DNA of 64,000 nucleotides from Candidatus Brocadiia bacterium (GCA_046538485.1 JBKHIT010000004.1:101875-165874); one strand, 5' to 3'; positions 9,867-21,031 are shown, numbered from the stretch's first letter. Notes: generated by a model not told the origin, from the letters alone. Program-made: numbers and translations.

Positions 9867-10881
9867 TCCAAACGATTACAAACCCCGGCAACTCGCATCC
9901 GACTTAGACAAATACCGTGACAAATTTCAGGAATTATTGGAAGGAATTCAACAAGCCATTGTGGGCTACGAAGATCTCATTACGGACACCCTCGTCGCCC
10001 TGTCGAGCCAGGGACATGTTCTGCTGGAAGGCGCACCCGGACTTGGAAAAACATACCTCGTAAGGGTCATCGCTCAAGTGCTGGGGTTGAGTTTCGGGCG
10101 CATTCAGTGCACGCCTGATCTGATGCCATCCGACATCCTGGGCACCCATATTGTAACAGAGGATGAAAACGGGCGCCGCGTCTTTCGATTCGAGAAAGGC
10201 CCCGTTTTTAAACATCTGCTTCTCGTCGATGAGATTAACCGAGCGACACCAAAAACGCAGGCAGCCCTGCTGGAAGTCATGCAGGAACGGCGCGTAACTG
10301 CCGGTGGAGAATCTTTCGAACTACCAGCTCCGTTCTTCGTGCTGGCCACCCAGAATCCGATCGAAATGGAAGGCACTTACCCCCTGCCTGAAGCTCAGCT
10401 CGACAGGTTTTTTTTCAAACTCAACGTTCCCTATCCGAGACGCGAAGAACTTGTTGAGATTTCCCGACGGACAACAAAATTTCAAGAACCGCAACTCGAC
10501 GTTGTCATGTCCGGAGAAGAACTTATCGATGCTCAAGAACTGCTCACCCATGTACCAATTGCCGATCCACTTACTTCGTATGGAGCTGCGGTGATACTGG
10601 GAACCCATCCCGACAATACTGACATTCCCTCCGTTCGACGCTATGTATCATACGGCGCAAGTCCACGAGGTCTCCAGGCGCTTGTGAGAGGGGCAAGAGC
10701 GCACTCTGTTCTCGCCGGACGAACGGCCGTATCCGTAGAAGATTTACACCGGGTGGCCAAACAGGCGCTCCGCCATCGCATTATCCTGAATTTTGAGGGA
10801 GAGGCTGAATCTATTGAGACCAACACTCTCATTGAGGAGATCCTCGAAGAGGTGCCAACCCCCGCCAGAGAATCGGTGTAA
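9856..10881 (+). CDS. moxR: MoxR-family AAA+ ATPase
   Basis: Walker A GAPGLGKT, RIQCTPDLMPSD, Walker B LLVDEINRA, ATQNPIEMEGTYPLPEAQLDRF, GASPRG. Confidence 0.96.
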   Translation: MENNPNDYKPRQLASDLDKYRDKFQELLEGIQQAIVGYEDLITDTLVALSSQGHVLLEGAPGLGKTYLVRVIAQVLGLSFGRIQCTPDLMPSDILGTHIVTEDENGRRVFRFEKGPVFKHLLLVDEINRATPKTQAALLEVMQERRVTAGGESFELPAPFFVLATQNPIEMEGTYPLPEAQLDRFFFKLNVPYPRREELVEISRRTTKFQEPQLDVVMSGEELIDAQELLTHVPIADPLTSYGAAVILGTHPDNTDIPSVRRYVSYGASPRGLQALVRGARAHSVLAGRTAVSVEDLHRVAKQALRHRIILNFEGEAESIETNTLIEEILEEVPTPARESV

Positions 10882-10883
10882 CG

Positions 10884-13800
10884 ATGAAAAGGACGGCTTT
10901 ACTTATACCCTTTCTGCTCTTCCCTGCCTCCATTCTGTTCGCGGCTTCCGACTCAGGCAAAAACGAAGAAAAAAAGGATCTTCTTCGCAAATCTCGCCCT
11001 TTGCGGACGGTTCTCCACCGTGATCCCGCCATGAAAGCCCCTTTCGAACGCCTTTACAAAATGTATGTCGGCGCCGGGCACTGCGATACATTACTCAACA
11101 TCTACCGAGAACATCTTAAAAAATATCCCAGCGATCAAAATGCTCGCATCGTCCTTATTCGAATCCTGCTCAAAAATAAACCACGGGACGCTCTTACGGA
11201 GGCTCAAAACGCCGTTAAAATCGATCCCCACAAATCTTATTTCCACTTTTTGCACCACCGGGCCTTACAGGAAAGCGACCAGGAGGCAAAAGCGCTCGGC
11301 CCTCTGCAAAAAGCAATTGAAAACGCAAGGCTCCCTGCGCGCCGGCGGCGTTGGATTGAACGGCTTTTACAGGCGGCTTATGAACTGGATAAAAGCGAAC
11401 TCTGCAAACAATACCTTGCGAAGCTGGCAAGACTCGGAAAAGGACAGCCATCTCTGCTCCTTCAGGCAGCTCAGCGGATGCAGGAACTGGCTTTTTATAC
11501 GATGACACTCAAAACATTGGAAGAAGCCAGAGAGGCCCGTCCCGGACCGGAGGATTCTGTCAACATTGAACTCTTAGCGGCCGAGACTCATCGTCTGTTG
11601 GGAGACCGCGAAAAAGCCGCACAAAAACTGGACCAGTTGCTGGTGCGGCTCACGCCGGATTACTGGCGCCGATTCGAGATCTGGCAAAAGCGACTCGGTC
11701 TTATTCAAGATGAAACCGAACGACATCAACTTCTGCAGAAACTAAGAAAATGCGTCAAACAAAATCCCCATGACGGGACCGCTGTCCTGGATCTCAGCCA
11801 GCTTTTGGCAATGTCCAAGCGCCGGCGCGAAGCTGTCGAAGTCCTCCTTAAAGGAAGCCGACAAATTCCACGGTCCCTGAAAATCGAAAAAGAGCTTCTC
11901 AATTTATTTGACCTGATTCGCGACGAACGCGGTCGAGAGAAATATTTGAGACGCCGACTTAAAAGGTTTCCCGAACGGCGCGACCTCCATTTTGCCTGGA
12001 TAAAAACGCTTTTCCTGCTGGGTCAATGTAACAAAGCCAGCGATGAATTGGATACACTTCTGGCTCAACTATCTCCCGCCGAACAGGCCCGACAGCTTTT
12101 GAAACTGGGCCGTTTCTTGCGACGATCTGCGCTACCCACCGATGCTGTCCACATCCTTGAACGCTTGCTGAAAGTTAATCCCAACAATATGTCCGTGCGA
12201 AGAGAACTGGCCGAAATCTACCTCACACTCGGCGAAAGGCAGAGCGCACGGCGGATCCTGACAAAAAACCTGCCCGAAAATCCCACGACAGAAGAACTGC
12301 TTGATATCGTGCGGTTCATGATCTCCAAGAAACTCTACATTGAAGCGAGGTCCGTCGTTCGAAGCAAACTGGATGAAGAATCCACCAACCTGGACCTGAG
12401 AATGCTGCTCCTCACGATAGAAAAAAATATTGGCTACTACTATGCGGGCCGACAACTCGTCCGGGAATCGCGAAAACTCGCGGATACAATTCCCAGGTAT
12501 CGCCAGTGGCTTGAAGCGGCATGTGGGTTCCATGAGCACATGGCATCTCTCAATGACTTTCTGAATGACGAACGCAGAAGGATTATGTCGGCCCATAACC
12601 TTCGGCGTGAATTGCGGGGCACAGAACTCAATTCGCTCAGCAAAAAACAGCTTGAGAAAATCGCTGTGTACGCGGAAATTGCCGGTCGTTATCATATGAG
12701 CGCGGAAGCAGTCTCCATTATTGAAAATGCCCTCGCTTTCAAGCCCGATCGCAACCTCCGCGTGAAATTACGACGTCAACTTATTTCAATTCTTGACAAC
12801 CAAACAGGCGAAACCAAAACACTTGAAAAACATCTGAAAGAACTCGCAGCAGAAGATCCTGATTCCCGCCATCGGTGCTGGCTCCGTCTTGCTCTGCTCC
12901 ACGCCCAGGAGAACAATTCCAGTTCGGCGCGGAGAAAAATCGGCAATATCGACTTTTCGGCCATCCAGAATGCCGCCCTGCTCTCCAGAGCTTATGGCAA
13001 GTTGCACAACATGCTTGACGAAAAACAACGTCTTTCTCTGTCCAGACAACTTGTGGAACTTGAACCCGGCTCTCTTTCGCATTGGGAGAAACGCCTTATG
13101 GTTCTGGCCGTATCCGCTCGGGAAGAAAAGCTGCGGTCCACCCTTGAGCAACTCCGGATCGGAAATGATAAAATTTCTCTCCCAGAAAAAACAAAAAATA
13201 TTCTGAAAGCTCACCAGCTTGCCTCGTGCTGGCGTTCAATTGCGTATCGTCTCGCAGAAAGGCGCGCCAAAGATCTGCATCAAGCCCTTCGCCTGACCAA
13301 AGATGCCGCCGAGTTGATCTCAAATTCCGAGCAGAACCTCTGGGTGCGGTGGACACAAGCATATATTTTGAGAGTAATGGGAAGAAAAAAAGCGGCAAGA
13401 AACGCCACGGAACATTTCCGCAAAGCAACCCAGAAGGTGAAGGACAAACACGACTCGCCGTCAGTCATGATCCGCTTTCCAGATGGCCTCACTCTGGGGC
13501 GCAAGCACGCAAGAAAGCTACTTGGCAACAGTGAAAAAAATGATACAAAGCAAACCAAACCCAGTACCACTCATATTGATAAACCGTTGCGATTAAAATG
13601 GGCTTTTGAAAGCAATAGCGATTCGCCGATTACCGCAATCGAACCTCTTTCCAAGAACCGTATTTTGCTCTGTGACAGCTACGGCGAGCTGACCTGTTTG
13701 AATTCTCAAACCGGCAAACTGATCTGGCAAAAAACAGACCTGCTCTCCCCGGCAGAAACTTTCGTAAAAGCAGCAAGCACCGTTGCCAAAACCAATCCTT

Positions 13801-15119
13801 CTACGGTCGCACTCCGTTCAGGCCCCAGCGCACGAAGAATTTGGAGAGCAAGCTCACACTCCCGGGATCGGGCCTTGAAACTCGGCCCCGCAAAACCGGT
13901 TGCAGATGACCGGGGCCGCATTTACTTTCCGCGGGCCGGTGTTTTCGATTGTTACGAACAATCGAACGGCCGATTTCTGTGGTCGGCTCAGGTCAGCCCC
14001 GGTCACATCCCAACCCACGCGGGCAAAAAGCAATGGCCGCGAGTTTGCCTCTGCCCATACGGCGGGAAAATTCTGGCTTTCGATCCCGCAACAGGTGTTG
14101 TCGCAGCCTTCGCGGCTTCAACAGGCAAACTGATCTGGCAAAGATTGCCCAATGAAATGACAAATGCAGCCCTCACCCGGCATTCGGGTGCATCGCTTCG
14201 CAATGGAAAACTTTTGGTCTACGGTTTGACGACAGCCCTTTTTGACGCCGATACGGGTGAACTTCTGTGGACCTTTGAACCGGACCGAGTGCGCAGTTTC
14301 CCGATCGAACTCAGTTCCGGGCAACCCTCATTAGATGACGTGAAACAGGCAACGGGGTATCGAATCTATCCTTCGCGAGGGTCATTTCCCAGCGGCCCCC
14401 CGGTGGCCATCCGACGTAGTTCATCCCAACACAGCGTTTATTTGAACCATATGGCCCGACCGCGCAATTGGAACTTCAGATCAGGACATAGATCCTGTCC
14501 AGTCTCACCAGGAGCTGCCTGGCACGGTCAGTTGAGACGCAGTTCCGGACACAGTCTGATTCTTGGAGATAATAACGTCTTACTGTTCAACAGTCAGGGA
14601 TATTCATGGCATCTGCCTCTTGAATTTCCGTTGGTCGGTGAGACAGTGCGAATTCACGGAGCATGCGCGGGGATAGCGCAGAACCGGGCCATTGTCACTT
14701 ACTACGGCCGCATTTACGCAATATCACTGGAGAGCGGAACGACTACTCAAAGGTATGAACTTTCGAAAATTATGCAGAAAGGTAATTCACGACCCTGGAT
14801 ACAGATAGTCCCGCATGGTAAATACGCGTATGTCACCGGCCCCGCAGGGATTATGAGTGTCGAAGTAAAGACGGGAGAAACGCAGTTCCACCAAAAATGG
14901 CCCAAAATACTGCAAAATAGAGGTGAAAACCCGAAGAAGCAGGAAAGTGGCGGCAGCTACCCGCGTGTGTCCTCTTACTCAGGTGCCTCTGTCTACGTAA
15001 AACTGAGCAAAAATGGACCATCCGAGTGGATTTCTTTCACTGGTCTTATTCAAAACCAAACTCTCTACACTACTTATCCCCCATGGCGTGTCGTTGCCAT
15101 GGAATCCAGTTCAGAGTAG
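10884..15119 (+). CDS. Large exported TPR-repeat / PQQ-like beta-propeller protein
   Basis: Signal peptide MKRTALLIPFLLFPASILFA; roughly 850 aa of TPR-like helical repeats; repeated TGKLIWQ, NGRFLWS and TGELLWT propeller motifs. Confidence 0.85.
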   Translation: MKRTALLIPFLLFPASILFAASDSGKNEEKKDLLRKSRPLRTVLHRDPAMKAPFERLYKMYVGAGHCDTLLNIYREHLKKYPSDQNARIVLIRILLKNKPRDALTEAQNAVKIDPHKSYFHFLHHRALQESDQEAKALGPLQKAIENARLPARRRRWIERLLQAAYELDKSELCKQYLAKLARLGKGQPSLLLQAAQRMQELAFYTMTLKTLEEAREARPGPEDSVNIELLAAETHRLLGDREKAAQKLDQLLVRLTPDYWRRFEIWQKRLGLIQDETERHQLLQKLRKCVKQNPHDGTAVLDLSQLLAMSKRRREAVEVLLKGSRQIPRSLKIEKELLNLFDLIRDERGREKYLRRRLKRFPERRDLHFAWIKTLFLLGQCNKASDELDTLLAQLSPAEQARQLLKLGRFLRRSALPTDAVHILERLLKVNPNNMSVRRELAEIYLTLGERQSARRILTKNLPENPTTEELLDIVRFMISKKLYIEARSVVRSKLDEESTNLDLRMLLLTIEKNIGYYYAGRQLVRESRKLADTIPRYRQWLEAACGFHEHMASLNDFLNDERRRIMSAHNLRRELRGTELNSLSKKQLEKIAVYAEIAGRYHMSAEAVSIIENALAFKPDRNLRVKLRRQLISILDNQTGETKTLEKHLKELAAEDPDSRHRCWLRLALLHAQENNSSSARRKIGNIDFSAIQNAALLSRAYGKLHNMLDEKQRLSLSRQLVELEPGSLSHWEKRLMVLAVSAREEKLRSTLEQLRIGNDKISLPEKTKNILKAHQLASCWRSIAYRLAERRAKDLHQALRLTKDAAELISNSEQNLWVRWTQAYILRVMGRKKAARNATEHFRKATQKVKDKHDSPSVMIRFPDGLTLGRKHARKLLGNSEKNDTKQTKPSTTHIDKPLRLKWAFESNSDSPITAIEPLSKNRILLCDSYGELTCLNSQTGKLIWQKTDLLSPAETFVKAASTVAKTNPSTVALRSGPSARRIWRASSHSRDRALKLGPAKPVADDRGRIYFPRAGVFDCYEQSNGRFLWSAQVSPGHIPTHAGKKQWPRVCLCPYGGKILAFDPATGVVAAFAASTGKLIWQRLPNEMTNAALTRHSGASLRNGKLLVYGLTTALFDADTGELLWTFEPDRVRSFPIELSSGQPSLDDVKQATGYRIYPSRGSFPSGPPVAIRRSSSQHSVYLNHMARPRNWNFRSGHRSCPVSPGAAWHGQLRRSSGHSLILGDNNVLLFNSQGYSWHLPLEFPLVGETVRIHGACAGIAQNRAIVTYYGRIYAISLESGTTTQRYELSKIMQKGNSRPWIQIVPHGKYAYVTGPAGIMSVEVKTGETQFHQKWPKILQNRGENPKKQESGGSYPRVSSYSGASVYVKLSKNGPSEWISFTGLIQNQTLYTTYPPWRVVAMESSSE

Positions 15120-15140
15120 TTACCTCAAAGAACCCAAATA

Positions 15141-16082
15141 ATGCCAGATACAAACAAACGGAAAACACAGGACACTCGTTCGGAGGGAACGGACGAGGAA
15201 ATATTCGATCATGAATTTCTCGGTCGGTTACGCAAATTATTCTTTAAACTCCGCAAGCGACGGCGTTTGCGTAATAAAGGGATTCAAAATAGTCCCGCTT
15301 CCGGTTTCACGCAGGAATTCAAAGACCGCCGCCAGTACGCACCAGGAGATGATTTCCGGGCGATCGACTGGCGGCTCTATGCACGAATGGAAAAGTTGTT
15401 CATCCGAATATTCGAGGAAGTCCAGGAATTCCACATCCATATTCTCACCGACCGGAGCGGGTCGATGGTCCAACCGTTCGCACAGAAAAAAGTCTGCGCC
15501 CTTCAACTCAGCGTCGCCCTGGCATATCTCGGGCTCGTTAACGAACATAGAGTTTCATTGATGAGTTTTGGCGATGATATCCGGCGAGAAATGCCACCTC
15601 TAAAAGGTCAGGGACACATTTACTCGATCCTTGAGCATATGTCCGGGCTTGAATTTGGCGGCGTGACACAGCTCACCAGAAGTCTCCAGCATTTTAAACC
15701 TCACCGCGACCGTCGTGGCATCATCTTTGTCGTCTCGGATTTGTTTGGATCGCATCCCGGAGAATCCGAAGGAGCTATCAGACAAGCCATATCCTGGCCA
15801 GTCGAAACGCATGTTATTCAAGTTCTACACCCACGTGAGATCGAACCGGATCTCGAAGGTGAAATTCAGCTCGTCGATGTGGAGACCAATGAAGCACGAC
15901 GTATGCGCCTCAGCCGTAAAGAAATGCACCGCTACCGGGAAGCCGTTCAAGCTTACATGGATAAACTGGAACGTGAATGTCTGCGACGTGAGATTAATTA
16001 TTACCCATGGCAAACCGATCAGCCATTTGAAGACATGTTCCTTCAGCTACTTTCACGAGGGAGTGCTCTCGCAGGAGACTGA
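15141..16082 (+). CDS. DUF58 domain protein (vWA-like)
   Basis: EFKDRRQYAPGDDFRAIDWRLYAR, DRSGSM, VSDL motifs. Confidence 0.93.
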   Translation: MPDTNKRKTQDTRSEGTDEEIFDHEFLGRLRKLFFKLRKRRRLRNKGIQNSPASGFTQEFKDRRQYAPGDDFRAIDWRLYARMEKLFIRIFEEVQEFHIHILTDRSGSMVQPFAQKKVCALQLSVALAYLGLVNEHRVSLMSFGDDIRREMPPLKGQGHIYSILEHMSGLEFGGVTQLTRSLQHFKPHRDRRGIIFVVSDLFGSHPGESEGAIRQAISWPVETHVIQVLHPREIEPDLEGEIQLVDVETNEARRMRLSRKEMHRYREAVQAYMDKLERECLRREINYYPWQTDQPFEDMFLQLLSRGSALAGD

Positions 16083-16115
16083 TGTTGTGCTCCTGCTGTC
16101 GCCGATTAGCAAAAC

Positions 16116-18029
16116 ATGAAGTTCTTGCAACCCACAAACCTCGCCTGGCTCAGTCTCATTACTATTCCGATTCTCCTGTATCTCTTTCGTCTGAAGCCTC
16201 GCACTGTCCGGGTGAGCACGCTCAACTTCTTCAGAACCCTTGCCAAAACCCGTAGCGAATCGCCCTGGCTGCGTTTTCTTAAAAGACTTCTATCTTTCCT
16301 CCTGACCGTTCTCATCATCGCCTGCGGTGCCGCTGCTCTCGCTCGCCCGGTGCTCGCCCCCCCTGAAGGTTCTCTGAAGAGCGTTGTCGTACTGGTTGAC
16401 CGTTCAGCTTCAATGGCTGCTGAGCGGGAATCGGGCCCTTCTCCTCTCAAGACAGGACTCGCCCGCACCAAACAGCGACTTTCCTCACTGCCCGGAGGAG
16501 TCGGAGTCACCATTGTTGCGTATGATTGCCGCCCGGAAATACTGCTCCCACGAACACTTGAAAGACGTGATGCGTTTCGGATTCTTGGCCAGATATCGGC
16601 TCTACCTATCGAAGGCGACACAGCACGCGCACTTTCCCTGGCTAAAAGGCTTGCGGCCATCGACCCAGCGGCCAGCATCTGGCACGTAACCGATCGTTTC
16701 CCGTCCGATCAAGATGAATTCACTTTTGAAGAAGGCAGAACTCCAGATATCTCCTTGGAGACTATCGCGGTTCCGCCCGACAAACCGGCAAACGTCGGTA
16801 TTACTGCCTTCAAGCTTCAAAAGCTGCCGATGGAACACACTCGACACGAAGCATTTCTCCAGCTGCATTCGGCGTCGCAGAAAGAAATGGAGACAGAGCT
16901 GGAAATTCGAATTGACGGGACACTAATGGCCATCCGGAAACTGACGATCGACCCCGTCGGTCGAGAACGGCTCCTTATTCCTGTGGACGTCTCCGCGGGA
17001 AACGTTCTCACCATCCGTCTTTCCGGACATAAGGACATTCTGTCTTTCGACAACGAGATCCACGCGCGCCTGCCCCGTTTGGGTCCGTTGAGGGTTCTCT
17101 GGTTGTGCCATGAAAGGCGCCCATTCACCGAGATAGCACTCATGACACTTGGATCCGAACACGATGTCGAAATTTACCAGGGCTCCCCAAAATCATGGCC
17201 CCCAGACCAATCAGACAACACCCTCACACCCGATGTGGTGTTATTTGACAGCTGGGTCCCCAAAAACTGGCCGACGGATACGCCAGCTGTCGTCATAAAT
17301 CCACCGGAATCATCAGGACCAATACAGGCGAGGAGTCTGGACAATACCGGTCTCCTGCTCGACAATATCCGGCCTACCCAACAGAACCACACGTTACTAT
17401 ACGGAGTGTCAACGGGGCGGCTGCGTCTCTACCAGACTTCAGTATTGCAGGCTGTTGGCCCCCTTCAACCGTTATGGGTGGGACGGGCCGGACCTGTTAT
17501 GCTCGCGGGGGAAATGAAAGGACAGAGAATTGTTGTGATGGGATTCGATCCTGAACGGTCCGGGGATCTCCCTTTGACGGCTTCTTTTCCGCTTTTGATG
17601 GGTAATGCTCTCTACTGGTGTGCGGAATCTTCGCCGCCAACCAGCGATGCGTCCACCACCCCACTGGGAAACTTACCGACCGGAAGCCTGGTTGAACTGA
17701 AGGGAAACTCTATTTCGTGGTCGGTCCCCGGCAAACCGCGGGAGACCTCCTCAAAACGAATTCAGGGACCATGGATCAGGCTGGACAGACTCGGGCTTTT
17801 CAAAACCGACGCCGGTGAGTACGGCGCCGCCATTCTGTTGTCCCCACATGAAACCTCCCTGGGTAAAACCGACAAACAATTTCGCTCGAAAAAAGAACCC
17901 GACGATGCGGCGACAGCACGAAATGAATCAGGGCACTTCAGTGGGGAACTCACAACGGCGCTTTTGTGGGCCATCCTGATTCTTCTGGTATTGGAAAACT
18001 GGCTTTATCATCGACACGCTGTCTACTAA
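16116..18029 (+). CDS. BatA-type N-terminal TM plus vWA domain protein
   Basis: PILLYLF...LARP BatA N-terminus; MIDAS-like DRSASM; C-terminal TM ...LLVLENWL. Confidence 0.88.
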   Translation: MKFLQPTNLAWLSLITIPILLYLFRLKPRTVRVSTLNFFRTLAKTRSESPWLRFLKRLLSFLLTVLIIACGAAALARPVLAPPEGSLKSVVVLVDRSASMAAERESGPSPLKTGLARTKQRLSSLPGGVGVTIVAYDCRPEILLPRTLERRDAFRILGQISALPIEGDTARALSLAKRLAAIDPAASIWHVTDRFPSDQDEFTFEEGRTPDISLETIAVPPDKPANVGITAFKLQKLPMEHTRHEAFLQLHSASQKEMETELEIRIDGTLMAIRKLTIDPVGRERLLIPVDVSAGNVLTIRLSGHKDILSFDNEIHARLPRLGPLRVLWLCHERRPFTEIALMTLGSEHDVEIYQGSPKSWPPDQSDNTLTPDVVLFDSWVPKNWPTDTPAVVINPPESSGPIQARSLDNTGLLLDNIRPTQQNHTLLYGVSTGRLRLYQTSVLQAVGPLQPLWVGRAGPVMLAGEMKGQRIVVMGFDPERSGDLPLTASFPLLMGNALYWCAESSPPTSDASTTPLGNLPTGSLVELKGNSISWSVPGKPRETSSKRIQGPWIRLDRLGLFKTDAGEYGAAILLSPHETSLGKTDKQFRSKKEPDDAATARNESGHFSGELTTALLWAILILLVLENWLYHRHAVY

Positions 18030-18046
18030 AAAGGAGTTTCTGCCGG

Positions 18047-20665
18047 ATGGATTTGGCCGCGCCGTTTACATTTTTGCTGCTACCTGTTGTCATGGTTGGC
18101 CTGTGGTTTTTCCACTCCCGCTCTTACCATCCCATGTCACTGCGAAGGCGTCGTTTTCTGACCGTTACACGCATGGTGCTTTTGGTGCTCATAATCGCAG
18201 CGCTCGCGGGCCCGGCCTGGCTGCATCAGACCGGGCAAAAAGCAACTATTTTTGTATTTGATCATTCGCGCAGCCAGACAGAAATCGGTTTAAAAACGGC
18301 CTACGCACGCGCTGAAGCTCTGAAAGCACAGCTGCCCGGTCACTGCTATACGGGTTTTCTGTCGGCCGGCGAAAACGTTCGCGTCCTTCAGAAACCAAAG
18401 ATGCGAGCCAAAATCCCTGAACTCGACCTGACCACCCTGGAGGAAAACGGCGCCCAGACAGACCTTGCTCAAGCAGTGAATCTTGCGACCGGACTTTTCC
18501 CGGCCGGCGCGAACAGGCGCCTCATCATACTCACCGATGGCGTGGAAACACAGGGAGATCTGCGGTCAGCTGCACGCGAAGCTTCTGCGGCGGGTATCAC
18601 AATTGACGCCGTTCCGATTCGCGGGCCCGAACGGCCCGATATAAGGGTCGTTCAGCTCCGCACAAGCCGGTCTCGGTTGCGGGAAGGTGCTGATCTTGGG
18701 CTTAACGCGGATGTCGAAAGTTCGCACCCGGGCAAAGGAATGATCAGGCTGTTTGAAAATGGTATAGAAGTAGCCTCTAAATCCCTCACGATCAAAGCCG
18801 GTGAAGAGAAAACTGTCAAATTTCAACGCACTCCTTTCGAGCGCAACCTCTATACCTATCGGGCTCGGGTGGAAGGGTTTCCAAACGATTCGATCCCCGA
18901 AAACAACGATGCCATGGCACTGGTTGACGTGCGGGGACGTCCTCTTGTTCTTTATGTCGAAGGCGATAGGGGTGAAGCTCGGTATCTCAGAGCGGCCATG
19001 CAGCGCGAAGGGATACGACTTCAAATCCGAGGTCCGGAATCTCTCCCCGAAACCCCTCAGGGGCTTGCCGGTTTCGACAGCGTGATCCTGTCGGATGTCC
19101 CCGCACACAAACTGAGCGAACGCGCCATGGTTGCCCTCCGGGATTACGTTGAGAAACTGGGAGGTGGCTTTCTGATGATCGGAGGTAAAAACTCTTTCGG
19201 TGTCGGCGGCTACTATCGTACTCCCGTAGAAAAGATCCTGCCTGTCAAAATGATACCTCCTGATGTCGAAGAAAAACACGTTATTGCACTGGCACTTGTC
19301 CTCGATAGATCGGGGTCAATGCAGGGCCAGAAAGTGGAATTGTGCAAATCCGCTGCCCTGGCCACAGTGGAAATCCTCAAAAGCAAAGATTATGTCGGTA
19401 TTGTCGCTTTCGATTCCGCAGCCCGATGGGTGGTTCCTATGACGAAAGCGCGTTCGAAAAGCACAATATCAGCCCAGATTGCAACGATCAATGCCGGGGG
19501 CGGAACTAATATCCATCCCGGCATGACCTCGGCCCACCAGGCGCTTCAACGGGTTAAAGCCAGAGTCAAGCACATGATCGTTCTCAGCGACGGCCATACC
19601 AGCGGAAGCGGTTATGAACAGCTGGCAACCCGTATACATTCTGACGGAATTACAATATCCACCGTCGCTGTCGGTTCCAGCGCCGATGCAAATTTGCTAC
19701 AAAACGTCGCCGCTGCCGGGAACGGTCAGTTCTATCGGACGTTCGATCCTACATCCATTCCACAGATATTTACGCAGGACACAATGGTTCATACGGGCCG
19801 TCTCATAAAGGAAGAAGCGTTTTCAATCAACCAGGTGGAACAGCATCCTATGTTGGAAGGGTGGCCCGCTCATAACGCACCGGAACTTCTGGGATACGTA
19901 AAAACCGACCCGCGCGCTACCTCGCAGGTGCCTCTCGTTACCCAAACGGGCGCCCCCCTTCTCGCCCACTGGCGCTTCGGACTGGGGAAAGTTACGGCCT
20001 TCACCTCAGACGCAAAGTCGCGTTGGGCATCACTCTGGATCACGGGTTGGCGATCCGGGTACAGCCAGTTCTGGGCTCAAGTGCTGCGGGAAACAATGCG
20101 TAAACCCCAGGGACAGCTCATGGATATCCGCCTCACCCAAAAAGGACAAAAAGTCGATATCGCCGTGGAAGTCCTCGAAGATCCCGGCCATTACGATAAC
20201 GAAGCCGAAGTTACGGCAAACGTGTTTTTCGTCCCCTCGGTCTCACTTGGGGCCAGCATGAAACAAATCAATCAGCTCAATCTCTCACAGCAAGGCCCCG
20301 GACGCTACAGTGGGTCCTTCCGACCAACAAAACCGGGCGTTTATCTCGTGCGGGCTCGCGCAGGCGCTAAACTGGTATCCGCTGGCCTTGTCCATAACGT
20401 ATCCGGCGAAACCGCAACGGGCCGTATGGATCTGGCGCTTTTGGCGGATGTCTGCAAAATAACCGGTGGCAAAGTGCTGGCATCCGAGGACGCACGCCTT
20501 TCGCCCCTCGGAAAAGGCCAGAAACGACGCCAGGAACTGGCCCCGTTGCTACTGAAAATTCTTCTGTTGATTTTCCTTATTGATCTTGCTATCCGCCGCT
20601 GGGAAAATATACAAAGCGCCGGACGCTGGTTCGGACGGCGATGGAAGACTCTTGTCGGCAGCTGA
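18047..20665 (+). CDS. vWA - Ig-like - GATase-like (DUF1355-type) - vWA membrane protein
   Basis: Start at the ATG at 18047 (AAGGAG RBS). Two MIDAS motifs (DHSRS/LTDG and DRSGS/LSDG); GGFLMIGGKNSFGVGGY; WRFGLGKVTAFTSD; C-terminal TM. Confidence 0.88.
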   Translation: MDLAAPFTFLLLPVVMVGLWFFHSRSYHPMSLRRRRFLTVTRMVLLVLIIAALAGPAWLHQTGQKATIFVFDHSRSQTEIGLKTAYARAEALKAQLPGHCYTGFLSAGENVRVLQKPKMRAKIPELDLTTLEENGAQTDLAQAVNLATGLFPAGANRRLIILTDGVETQGDLRSAAREASAAGITIDAVPIRGPERPDIRVVQLRTSRSRLREGADLGLNADVESSHPGKGMIRLFENGIEVASKSLTIKAGEEKTVKFQRTPFERNLYTYRARVEGFPNDSIPENNDAMALVDVRGRPLVLYVEGDRGEARYLRAAMQREGIRLQIRGPESLPETPQGLAGFDSVILSDVPAHKLSERAMVALRDYVEKLGGGFLMIGGKNSFGVGGYYRTPVEKILPVKMIPPDVEEKHVIALALVLDRSGSMQGQKVELCKSAALATVEILKSKDYVGIVAFDSAARWVVPMTKARSKSTISAQIATINAGGGTNIHPGMTSAHQALQRVKARVKHMIVLSDGHTSGSGYEQLATRIHSDGITISTVAVGSSADANLLQNVAAAGNGQFYRTFDPTSIPQIFTQDTMVHTGRLIKEEAFSINQVEQHPMLEGWPAHNAPELLGYVKTDPRATSQVPLVTQTGAPLLAHWRFGLGKVTAFTSDAKSRWASLWITGWRSGYSQFWAQVLRETMRKPQGQLMDIRLTQKGQKVDIAVEVLEDPGHYDNEAEVTANVFFVPSVSLGASMKQINQLNLSQQGPGRYSGSFRPTKPGVYLVRARAGAKLVSAGLVHNVSGETATGRMDLALLADVCKITGGKVLASEDARLSPLGKGQKRRQELAPLLLKILLLIFLIDLAIRRWENIQSAGRWFGRRWKTLVGS

Positions 20666-20739
20666 GAGAACAACCGGCTGTTGACAGATCAGCCACATTG
20701 CATGGCTAAATCCGATGAGCGCCGAGTCGGCCACGCCGC

Positions 20740-20750
20740 CTCGCAATGAC
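20740..20750. repeat. Half copy of the GTCATTGCGAG REP-like element
   Basis: CTCGCAATGAC, identical to the 3' arms at 32208-32218 and 33636-33646. Confidence 0.5.
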
Positions 20751-21031
20751 TTGTAAGCCTGAATGGCTGAGACCAACGCAGGCTGAAAGCATATAGATAC
20801 CTTTTCCACTGTCGGTATCCCTGGAAGTCGTGCCGCATTCTGAACTCCGGCCTCCCGCCGAAGTCCAGTCTGCTCTCAAAAATGCGCCGCGACATCCCCC
20901 CTGTGACCTCGCGTCGCAGGTAAAGAAGACCGATACCTGAAAACAACGCGATCCACGATTCGGCCCCAGTCGCCGATTGCTGAAAACAGCAATAACATAT
21001 GACCTCTCAAATCCTGGTAGGGAGATAAAAC

